A DNA stretch of 64,000 nt from Anaeramoeba ignava BMAN (lineage: Eukaryota > Protista > Anaeramoebae), in the NCBI GenBank assembly GCA_028826165.1, contig JAPDFW010000096.1, positions 62,001-126,000 of the forward strand. Direction: 5' to 3'. The notes below the pieces were generated by a model. That model was not told the origin of the DNA. It did not search any database and saw only the letters and a list, made by a program, of their open reading frames with translations. Shown one piece after another: positions 54,849-64,000 of the stretch (position 1 is its first letter; each line of letters opens with the position of its first letter). The position numbers were made by a program, and so were the translations under genes.

Positions 54849-56863
54849 ATGCACAAATCAAAACACTTTTCTAAAATACATCCTGAATCAAGATTGATTA
54901 CTCAACTTTCCAGAAAGAAGGTTTCTTTTGAAAAAATCTCTATTTCATCAGATTCTGAAAAAAAGGTTTCTTTTCTTTCTTTTCTTCTTTCTTTTTTTAA
55001 TTAAAAACTCATTAATCAAAACAATTTGTAACTTTTTTTTTGTTTAATTCAAAAAAAAAATTTCTACATCTATTTTAGTCTAAAATTTGTAAAGAGTATA
55101 TTGAAAAGATGTATCAAGAATTATTTTTTAATATGGAATCAAGATCCAAAAGATTAGATATTGTAAAAGAAGAATTAGCAAATTCGACTTTATCTGAAAA
55201 TGAAAAAAAGCAAAAAATTTTTGCTCATTATAAACAAGAATCTGAATTTTTAAGAGCAAAAAGGAAATGTTTAGATGTTGGACAATTTCATATAATTTCT
55301 AAAATTGGCCAAGGAGGTTATGCTGATGTTTTTTTATGTAAAAAGAAAGAAACTGATGAACTTTATGCTTTGAAAAGAATGAAGAAACAATTTATTTTTG
55401 AAAGGAATCAAGTAATCAAATCAAATCAAATCAAATCAAATCAAATAAATTCAATTCAATATTCAAATCAATTCAAATCAAATCAAATCAAATCAAACTA
55501 AACCAAATAAATTCAATTCAATATTCAAATCAATTCAAATCAAATTAAATCAAATCAAATCAAATCAATTCAATATTCAAATCAATAATCAAATCAAATC
55601 AAATCAAATCAATAATCAAATCAATAATCAAATCAATATTCAATTCAAATAAATATTTAATTCAATATTCAAATAAAATGTTAAATTGGATTATTCAGGT
55701 AAATCATATAAAACTAGAAAGAGATTTCCTTGCTTTTCATTCTTCAGAATGGATTGTTAAATTATTTAGTTCATTTCAAGATGATCTTTGTCTTTATCTT
55801 GTTCTTGAATATATTCAAGGAGGTGATCTTAAAACTCTTCTTTCAAATTTAAAAATTCTAGATGAAAAAGTAGCAGTATTTTATTTTGCTGAAATGATTG
55901 TTTGTTTAGAAGAAATTCATAATTTTGGGCTTATTCATCGGTAAAATAATTTTCTTATTAAATTCAAAATTTAAAATTCAAAATCAATTTAATTGAAATT
56001 AATATTAATATATTTTATTAAATTATCGCTTTTAAAGTGATATAAAACCAGAAAATTATTTGATTGATAAAGACGGCCATCTAAAATTGACCGATTTTGG
56101 ACTTTCAGCTGATGATCATCTCTACAGTACTAAACTTGATGATCTCATCCAAAAAAATCTGGAGGAAACAAAATCACACATTTACACAATAAGTCCAAGA
56201 AAAAGAAACCATCAAGCACTAAGAAAATGGCATCAAAAACGAAGACAAAAATCATTTGTAGGTTCACCTGGCTATGTAGCTCCAGAGATTATTTTGCAAA
56301 AACAATACGGAAAAGAAGTTGATTTATGGAGCTTAGGTTGCATATTGTATGAAATGCTTGCTGGATTCACACCTTTTGCTGGGAGAACAGACACAGAAAC
56401 ACTTGAAAATGTTGTCAATTTTAAACAAGTTCTTGAATTCCCTGATTATGATGATGAAGAACCAATGACTGATGAAGCTTGGGATTTAATCAAAATCCTT
56501 CTCTCTTCCCAGGAAAAACGCACCAAAATTAACCTGGAAACTACCATTAAAGCACATCCTTTTTTCAAAGGAATCAAATGGGATTCTTTAAGGCAAATGG
56601 ATCCTCCTTTTGTTCCTAAATTGAAAAATGAAACTGATATTTCCTATTTTGATACTACTTATTTTCGTGAATCAAAACTTCCCTTTCCAGATTCACAACA
56701 AGACCCAAAAATTGTAGAAATGAAAAAGGCAAATTTGAACCAATTATTTTCAGGTTTTGCTTTCCAAAGATTTCCTCAAAATAATAATGAAAGATTTCCT
56801 CAAAATAATAATGAAAGATTTTCTGAAATTTGTGATTCAAATGAAAATGAAGATCAGAAATGA
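54849..56863 (+). CDS. NDR/LATS-family AGC kinase (Dbf2/Sid2-like), 4 exons
   Basis: MOB-binding N-terminal region KQESEFLRAKR; IGQGGYADVFL; YALKRMKK; spliced HRDIKPENYLID; DFGLS; activation-loop insert then SFVGSPGYVAPE; PPFVP..DISYFD; FSGFAF. Confidence 0.9.
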
Positions 56864-57042
56864 TTTTTTTGTTTGATATTGTTTATAAAAGAATAACAGG
56901 ATAGAGAATTGATTCTTCTGTGGATTAAGTGAATTAGCTTATGAGTTTATTTACTTTCTTTCTTTCTTTCTTTACTTTTATTTTTAAATATTTTTTTTAG
57001 AGTATTTTTTACTTATTGAATGTGTCCTAAAAACAATAAACC

Positions 57043-57311
57043 GGAAAAAATTTAAATTAAATTAAATTGAGAAATTTTGTAAATAAATGAGAATAAGAAA
57101 AAAGAATAAATAGGAAAAAATTTAATTTAAAAAGGAAAAAAAAGTGGAATAAAAATTAAATTAAAATCAATTAAAAAGGAAAAAATTTAAATTAAATTAA
57201 ATTGAGAAATTTTGTAAATAAATGAGAATAAGAAAAAAGAATAAATAGGAAAAAATTTAATTTAAAAAGGAAAAAAAAGGGAATAAAAATTAAATTAAAA
57301 TCAATTAAAAA
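57043..57311. repeat. Near-perfect tandem duplication of a 135-bp non-coding unit
   Basis: 57043-57177 is repeated at 57178-57311 with one small difference (aagtggaat vs aagggaat). Confidence 0.9.
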
Positions 57312-57498
57312 GATCAAATTGTTTTTTTTTCCGATTTCATTTTGAATTTGAATTAGTTCAATTTTCTGAGTTAAAAATAAAAAGGAAAAATTTAAATGGA
57401 TCATTTGATTGATTTTTTTTTGAAAGAAAAAAAAAAGAATTCTTAAAAAAAAATTTCTTCTGGCTCTTGGTTTATTTTTCTTTTTGCAAGAAAATAAA

Positions 57499-60400
57499 AT
57501 GAATTCAAAAATCATTTTAATTCTTTTTTTCTTTTTTATTACTTCAAATTCTTATACTCTTAGAAATTTAGGCGAAAATCCATTTGAATGGCTTCAGATC
57601 AACGTTACAAGTCCAGAAGGTGGAGAAGCAGATGATCGATATGGACATAGCTCTGCAATTTCAGATTCTTTTTTTATCGTAGGAGCTTGCTATTCGAAAG
57701 TTGGGTCTAAAATTGAGCAAGGAAAAGTGTATGTTTTCCAGAAAGAAGAAGGAATTTGGGATTTCCAAACAACGATAATTGCTCCTGATGGAAATGAAGG
57801 AGATAGATTCGGAAAAAGTGTTGCCATTTCAGAGGATTACATTGTAATTGGAGCATATCATGCCAATGAATCAGGAAATGTTCAAAGCGGGAAAGTGTAT
57901 ATTTACAACCGAAGCGGGGATTCTTGGGTATTCCAAAAATCAATCATTGCGAGTGATGCAACAGATAACAGCAATTTTGGATCAAGTGTTTCGATTTCCG
58001 GTCAAACAATCGTTGTTGGAGCATCTCATTCTAATATTGGGTTACTTCCGAGTGTCGGCAAAAGTTATATCTTTGGGTTTGATGGAAGTACTTGGATTGA
58101 AAGAAAAATTCTCGTGGCAAGTGATGGGACAGCTAACGCCAATTTTGGATCCAGTGTTTCAATTTCTGGAAATTATACGATTATAGGAGCTGATGGAGCT
58201 GCGAGTGAAGATAATCCTTATCAAGGAAAGTCCTACTTATTTGTATATAACGGAGAAGATTGGATTCAAGAACAAATTTTGGTTGCAAGTGATGGATCAG
58301 CAGATTGCCATTTTGGAACTAGTCTTTCCATGTCTTCCGACTATATTGTGATTGGAGCTCCAGGAGTACGAGTTGGAGATAAGCCTAACCAAGGACAAGC
58401 TTATGTTTTCGAAAAGATTGCTGATGAATGGGTCGAGACTAAGATTCTAAAAGCTTCTGATGGAGGACAGCAAAGCTTTTTTGGGGGAAGTGTTTCAGTT
58501 TCTCATAACTTTATTGCTGTTGGTGCATATGGAAGTGATGTTGAAATGCATGGAGAAGCGGGCAAAGCATATGTTTTCAAATTCAACCAAACAGCTTGGA
58601 TCGAGGATTCGATTCTCATTGCTAGTGACGCATTTGATAACGATAATTTTGGATCCAGCATCGCGATATCAGGAAACTTTCTTGTTGTGGGCTCGGATCA
58701 TGCAAATGAAGGCACAAATCTAAATGTTGGAAAGCTTTATATTTTTGAAGGGCCTCCTATACCTTCTCCAGTAGAGATTATTGATTGTGAGAGTCTTTTC
58801 TCGTGTTTTCAATGCAATTGGAAATCCTTAAGTAATAAAGATGATATGGAATATTTCATGAAGTATCAAATTGAGGGAGAATGGAAACTGGTTCCCTCTC
58901 CAAGTTTGACTAATGGAGTTTACAGTTATCTTTTCAATTCTTATTTCAATTCAGATATCACTGGAAATGAAGATTATTCGATTCAATTCAAAGCTTGCAA
59001 CACATCCACCAATATTTGTGGAAATGAATCAACGATTTGGAATCTCAAGACAAGAATTAATGGTGTAAAACACCTTCAAGTAGGCACTCTTTCTTCTCAC
59101 TCTGTTAGCGCTCAATGGGGAATTCCAGATGTAGAAATAATTTCTAATATCCCGAATTTGCATCACTATCAAATTGATTACTCCGCACCTGGAATTGCAA
59201 CCAAGACAATGTCTGTGATAAATTCACAGAATTTTTCTGTGATTTCCAATTTAAATTCAGGAACCACTTACACATTCACAGTTTATGCTTGTCGTTCTTA
59301 TTATTGTTATGGCTCAGATATAGGAGAAAAAGTATCCTCCTCATCCACTACATATGTGGGTCCGGTTGGTAATCTGACATGCTCAATTTGGGGCGTAAAT
59401 ATAAATTGTACATGGAGAAGACCTTATGATCAAATTGCACCTTATTATTATATATTTTCCTATCAATGCCTTTCACAACTGGACACAGCAACTTATCAGT
59501 TTAGTGCAACCCAGAATGCTTTTGTGGCTGATTTTTCGAATTCCAATTATCAAGTCACTGCTTATGCTTGTGATTCAGGCTTTCATTGTGGAGCAGAAAC
59601 TTCAATCCAAATCAAAACAAAACTCCGCCCAGTCTTGAATTTTCAATGCTCCGTTATGAACATTTATCAAATTGTGTGCACATGGGATCCTCCAAATGAT
59701 GAAAACATTCCAGATTCGTATATCTTTTCATTTGAGTCACGCAGTGATTTTGATGAGGGAGATCTTTCGACACTTGCGTTATATAAAGAGATAGATGCAA
59801 AATTCGAATATCAGGATTATCGAATTCAAGTAGCAGCATGTAGTAACATTGATGGATGTGGAGCAGTTAGTTCAATCCAAATCAAAACAGCGCTTAACAA
59901 AGTTCGGAATCTCAACTGCTCTACTAATGAGGTAAATATTAATTGCTATTGGGATCATTCTCAAGACACAATCGAAATCGGATATTACAATGTAAGCTAT
60001 GAATCTTTGTCAGAATCAGATTTGGGCTTTTTCACAACAGATGATTTATTTCTTCAATTTCAAGTTGATCTATCGAATACAAACTACCAAATTAATGTAT
60101 CAGCCTGCACTAATTCCCAAAAATGTTCTGAGCCTTCAATTGTTGAAACAAAAACGCAATTCTCTCCCATCACAAATTTAGGATGCATCGCGACAGGAGT
60201 TAATGTCAGTTGTTCTTGGAATGCTCCGATTTACACTCCATCTCCTGATCATTATCTTCTGGTTTATAATGATGATTCCCAAAATGATTCAGGAGTATTT
60301 ACAACAAATTCCTTAGCTCACAATTTCAAAGTGGCATTTTCAAACAAAAATTATGAAGTTATTGTGAGTGTTTGTGATTCTTTTAATGAATGCTCCCAAA

Positions 60401-60774
60401 AGTCATTCTTTTCAATATTGACTCAATTCACGAAAGTCCTTAATTTGAATTGTTCGGTTTCTGGAAAAGAAATTAATTGCAGTTGGGAACCTCCAGAGAA
60501 TCCCATTTCTCCACATCATTACCAGATTTCTTATCAATCTCATCGAAAATCAGATTCGGATGAATTCAACACTTATGACTGCCACAAGACTTTTTCTGTT
60601 GAGATGAGTGATAATTATTCAATCCTTATTTCAGCTTGCAACCAACAAAGTGAATGTGGTCAAAAAGAAGGATTTTTTCTTGAAACCCAAGAAATTCCCA
60701 TCACTTCTTCAGCTCCATCATTGATCTTCCAATCTCTCTCTTTTATTTTCTTTTTGATTTGGCTTTTTTTTTAA
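57499..60774 (+). CDS. Surface protein: signal peptide, 7 FG-GAP repeats (beta-propeller), about 7 Cys-containing FN3-like repeats, hydrophobic C-terminal (GPI-like) tail; intronless
   Basis: MNSKIILILFFFF; repeated ASDG..FGSSVSISG..IVVGA..GKVYIF; repeated V.NL.C....I.C.W..P...Y...Y..V.AC....CG; ends SSAPSLIFQSLSFIFFLIWLFF. Confidence 0.88.
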   Translation: MNSKIILILFFFFITSNSYTLRNLGENPFEWLQINVTSPEGGEADDRYGHSSAISDSFFIVGACYSKVGSKIEQGKVYVFQKEEGIWDFQTTIIAPDGNEGDRFGKSVAISEDYIVIGAYHANESGNVQSGKVYIYNRSGDSWVFQKSIIASDATDNSNFGSSVSISGQTIVVGASHSNIGLLPSVGKSYIFGFDGSTWIERKILVASDGTANANFGSSVSISGNYTIIGADGAASEDNPYQGKSYLFVYNGEDWIQEQILVASDGSADCHFGTSLSMSSDYIVIGAPGVRVGDKPNQGQAYVFEKIADEWVETKILKASDGGQQSFFGGSVSVSHNFIAVGAYGSDVEMHGEAGKAYVFKFNQTAWIEDSILIASDAFDNDNFGSSIAISGNFLVVGSDHANEGTNLNVGKLYIFEGPPIPSPVEIIDCESLFSCFQCNWKSLSNKDDMEYFMKYQIEGEWKLVPSPSLTNGVYSYLFNSYFNSDITGNEDYSIQFKACNTSTNICGNESTIWNLKTRINGVKHLQVGTLSSHSVSAQWGIPDVEIISNIPNLHHYQIDYSAPGIATKTMSVINSQNFSVISNLNSGTTYTFTVYACRSYYCYGSDIGEKVSSSSTTYVGPVGNLTCSIWGVNINCTWRRPYDQIAPYYYIFSYQCLSQLDTATYQFSATQNAFVADFSNSNYQVTAYACDSGFHCGAETSIQIKTKLRPVLNFQCSVMNIYQIVCTWDPPNDENIPDSYIFSFESRSDFDEGDLSTLALYKEIDAKFEYQDYRIQVAACSNIDGCGAVSSIQIKTALNKVRNLNCSTNEVNINCYWDHSQDTIEIGYYNVSYESLSESDLGFFTTDDLFLQFQVDLSNTNYQINVSACTNSQKCSEPSIVETKTQFSPITNLGCIATGVNVSCSWNAPIYTPSPDHYLLVYNDDSQNDSGVFTTNSLAHNFKVAFSNKNYEVIVSVCDSFNECSQKSFFSILTQFTKVLNLNCSVSGKEINCSWEPPENPISPHHYQISYQSHRKSDSDEFNTYDCHKTFSVEMSDNYSILISACNQQSECGQKEGFFLETQEIPITSSAPSLIFQSLSFIFFLIWLFF

Positions 60775-60894
60775 ATCATTTAATTTTTTTTAATTCTTGA
60801 AAGAATAAAAAGGAAAAAATCAATTTTCTTCTTTTTTTTTGTTTATTGAAAATTATTCTTTTCTGTTGAAAAGTAGAAAGATGATGAATTTCAT

Positions 60895-62216
60895 TTACTG
60901 AAGAAAAAGTCGAATAGTATTTGTTTTTTTCAAGGTTTTAGTGGAAAATTTCAATAAGTTTATTAAAGATATTTGTCTTGGTTTGAATTCTCCTATGAAT
61001 TGAATATTATTGGAAAAATCAAATCTTGGATCATTGAAAACACCATTTGGATGAATATTATCAAATAAACACATTCCAATAACCATAGCTCTGAGAATAA
61101 ACAAAACAATACTTTTGTTTGAATATCTTTAGAATAAAAGAGAAAAAATTTAGAATCAAAAAAAAAATGAGAATAAAAAATTTGGGATGTTTTTTACACT
61201 TTGGAAACCAACTGATCATAATAATGCGTGATAAAATTATAAAATATTGTGAAAATATCATCTTCGTTTCTCTATAAATAAATAAAAAGTGGAACAGAAA
61301 TGAAAATTTAGTCTCGTTTTTTTTTTTGTAAAATGAAAATAATTCAATTAATACATTTTCTTTGAATTGAATAATAGTATTTGAGACATTATGAAGCATT
61401 GGAAATGAATTTGCAAAAAATAAGCTCATATTCATTCCCAAAGTATCATTGTAAAAATTTTGAACAAGACCAATATTGCTAAAAAGTATTTAAATATGGA
61501 AAAATGAATTGGAATTAGAATTAGAATTAAAATTAAAAATTGAATAAAATTTTTTCAGTCAAACTTGGTAAGATTTCTGCGAAAAAAACTAAAATCATTT
61601 TGTAGTTGAGGAGTTGAAATCTTAATTTGATCGAATACTTGAATAAAATCAAAAGATTCAGCAAGTAATCTATAGCATTCGAAAATTTCGAATTCTTGCT
61701 TTTTAAGGTTTTTGATTTCCAACAATTTTGTCAAAATAATAGAAATTGAATTTGCTAAAAGAAAAATAAAAAGAAAAATAAAAAAGCAATGAGGACAATA
61801 GTTATGAATGAAACGAGTGAAATCAATATACAAATATCCATGCAATATTCGTAAATTTCAATTTGTTTTTGGATATCAGGAATAAGCAAACGAAAAGCTG
61901 TTGCTTTATTTTCTTCAGTTGCAAATGCAAATGTTTTTCTTATCAAATCATTTTGTCCTGTATAAGTGCTTAAATCCTTGATAATAATTTGTCTTTTTTC
62001 TAAAATTGGATAAACAGTTTCAATTATTTCATCTTGTGAAAGATTCTTAGTTCCTTTTTTTGTTTATTTTAAGTATGAAATTTTTCTTCATTTTTCATTT
62101 TTCATTTTTTAGTTTTTATTTTTACTTTCAAATTCTTGTTTTGCTTTTTGTTTTTGTTTTTCTTCTGTTTGTGGAGTTTCAAAAAAGCTTTCAGGATCAG
62201 CAAATAATTGACCCAT
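60895..62216 (-). CDS. CYRI: CYRI/FAM49 (Rac1-binding) homolog, multi-exon
   Basis: MGQ N-terminus (myristoylation candidate); FDQIKISTPQLQNDFSFFRRN; MSLFFANSFPML; FILRAMV..LFDNIHPNGVF; LINLLKFSTK. The exons join in frame with GT-AG introns. Confidence 0.85.
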
Positions 62217-62431
62217 GAGAAAAAATGAAAAATAAAAATGAAAAATAAAAATGAAAAATGAAAAAATGAAAATCGGATAAAAAAAAAATTTAGAGAAATT
62301 AATTTTTTCATTTTTTTCTTTTTCTTTTTTTCTTTATTATTTTTTTTACTTCTCCAATTTTTTTAAAAAAAAAAAGCTTTTTGTAATAATTCTTGGTTTA
62401 AAAAAATTTAAAATATAAAACATAAAAATTT

Positions 62432-63937
62432 ATGACAATGTTTTATCAAGATTTAAAAGAATTGTCAACTAATTTAAGTCAACTTTTTACGTTGGAAAAC
62501 AAACAACCAGTTTTTAGTGATTTTTTAGTTGTAACACGAAACAAAACGTTCGAATGCCATCGAGCAATTCTGCATGCAAGAAGTGCATATTTTCGGGGTT
62601 TGCTTCGGAGCCAAATGAAAGAAACAACGGAAGGAAAAGTGGAAATACGCGATATTTCTTCGGAGGTAATGAAAAATATATTAACATATATTTACACAGG
62701 CAGCCTGGAAATTACGAGAGATAACGCAATTGAGATCTTAATTAGTTCTCAAAAACTTCTTCTTGATCAAAGGGTTTTAGACAACATTTCGCAGTTTGTT
62801 GTCAGGCATGTGAGTCTGCAAAATGTTGCAGAGGTTCTTTCCCTTTCTTCCCGTTTTAGTTTTGAGACAATCCACGACTATTGCATCCGTTTTTGTATCC
62901 TTAATTTCCGCGAGCTTATCCACGAAAGCTCGTTTCTTTTTCTTTCAGCCTCGGATCTCGAACTGATCCTTGCTGCAGACGATTTGCTTATCGATTCAGA
63001 ACAACAACTTCTTGAATCGATTATTCATTGGGCAAAAAATCGCCGGGATTTTAACGGACAAAACGAAGATCTTTATCAAGATGAAAAAAACTCCCCCAAA
63101 AATTTGATCCAAAAAAGACTTGCAAGACTTCTTCCTAGAATCCGTTTCTGCGAGATTGAGCAAACACAACTCCAGGTTCTGCAAAAGCAGGGAATACTTA
63201 CAAACGAACTTTTCGATGATATTGTGGAATTCCAGTGTCTCAGAACCCAAAAGGTGAATGCAGAAGAAATCGAGAACTTTCTTCGGAAATGCAAGTCACG
63301 ATATTCGAAAAGTAATTTCCTTGCTTTTCAGCCGCGAAACTGTTTTCCCGATAGTTTAGTTGTGTCAATAAAAAACACGAAATTGGTGAATTTTTTGAAA
63401 AATTCGATCGAAGACGATGTTTTTTTTAGCCAAATGAGACTGGGTTATTCTGCGCGGCAACATGGATTTTTTCCGCTTGCATTCCACGAAAAAGTGGATA
63501 ACAAAGGGAAAACTTTAGTGTTGATGAAAACGGTTGAGAATTATATTTTTGGGGGATACACAGAAGTTGGATGGGTTACTGACAAGCAAAAATGGTCAAC
63601 TGTCAATGCGAATTGGGGTTGGATTGGCGATCCAAAAGCTTTTGTTTTTGTTCTTAAACCAAGTGTGAACGGTGAAGATCACACACCACAAAAATTTGAT
63701 ATCAAGAAAGGAGAAGAAAAATGGGCAATTTTGTATCGTGATACTGCTGGTCCCCAATTTGGATATGATATTAGAATCACTTCTTGGGATGTCAATTCCG
63801 TTTTTGATATGATTTACTCAAATTTGGGTAATAATTATCAACTTGAAGGAAGTGATAATCCTTTCAAACAAAAGAGAAAAATTCCTGATTCTTTGGAAGC
63901 TTGGAAAATTAAAGAGATTGAGGTTTATTTCATTTGA
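62432..63937 (+). CDS. BTB-BACK-TLDc protein, intronless
   Basis: FSDF..FECHRAILHARSAYF..ILTYIYTG (BTB); DDLLIDSEQQLLESIIHW..IRF (BACK); YSARQHGF..FHEKVDNKGKTLVL..IFGGYT..GPQFG..EIEVY (TLDc). Confidence 0.92.
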   Translation: MTMFYQDLKELSTNLSQLFTLENKQPVFSDFLVVTRNKTFECHRAILHARSAYFRGLLRSQMKETTEGKVEIRDISSEVMKNILTYIYTGSLEITRDNAIEILISSQKLLLDQRVLDNISQFVVRHVSLQNVAEVLSLSSRFSFETIHDYCIRFCILNFRELIHESSFLFLSASDLELILAADDLLIDSEQQLLESIIHWAKNRRDFNGQNEDLYQDEKNSPKNLIQKRLARLLPRIRFCEIEQTQLQVLQKQGILTNELFDDIVEFQCLRTQKVNAEEIENFLRKCKSRYSKSNFLAFQPRNCFPDSLVVSIKNTKLVNFLKNSIEDDVFFSQMRLGYSARQHGFFPLAFHEKVDNKGKTLVLMKTVENYIFGGYTEVGWVTDKQKWSTVNANWGWIGDPKAFVFVLKPSVNGEDHTPQKFDIKKGEEKWAILYRDTAGPQFGYDIRITSWDVNSVFDMIYSNLGNNYQLEGSDNPFKQKRKIPDSLEAWKIKEIEVYFI

Positions 63938-64000
63938 AAAAGAGAAATTTTTGTTTTTTTCTTTTTGTTTTTGTTTTTGTTTTTGTTTTTTTGATTTGAG

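Noticed and set aside
61110-61360. Apparent frame inconsistency in CYRI suggesting a pseudogene
   Set aside because: Resolved by using the donor AAA GT|GTAAAA at about 61197, which gives a continuous frame (..DQLVSKVYSNKSIVLFILRAM).
1-64000. tRNA/rRNA genes, transposons, inteins, alternative genetic code
   Set aside because: None was recognisable by eye. TAA and TGA (and TAG in the tentative bZIP model) act as stops, and the gene models need no codon reassignment.

Overview
A very AT-rich eukaryotic (protist) genomic window with about 20 protein-coding genes and GT-AG introns, many of them swollen by simple repeats. The BTB-BACK-TLDc, Kelch-BTB and ankyrin-BTB genes and the TCATTT arrays upstream of starts suggest an Anaeramoeba-like metamonad; this is inference only. 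Genes in order: metallophosphoesterase (partial), ankyrin-repeat protein, divergent eIF4E, proteasome beta1, tandem AAA ATPase, small hypothetical protein, SNAPC1, SANT/Myb protein, 26/29-kDa (CfaD-type) cathepsin, membrane-anchored bZIP, TMEM104-like transporter, C2-RasGAP-DUF547, Kelch-BTB-BTB, PWP2, ankyrin-BTB, degenerate SNM1/Apollo-type beta-CASP protein, NDR/Dbf2 kinase, FG-GAP/FN3 surface protein, CYRI/FAM49 and BTB-BACK-TLDc. The main discovery is the ankyrin gene at 792-4308 (-), which the ORF track almost entirely misses. It is built as one 90/96-nt exon per repeat. At 10 of 11 repeat junctions, the two variable beta-turn residues (the xx of D-x-x-G-x-T-P-L-H) are each encoded by their own 3-nt exon (AG|NNN|GT). 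This gives 20 single-codon microexons, all flanked by phase-0 introns.
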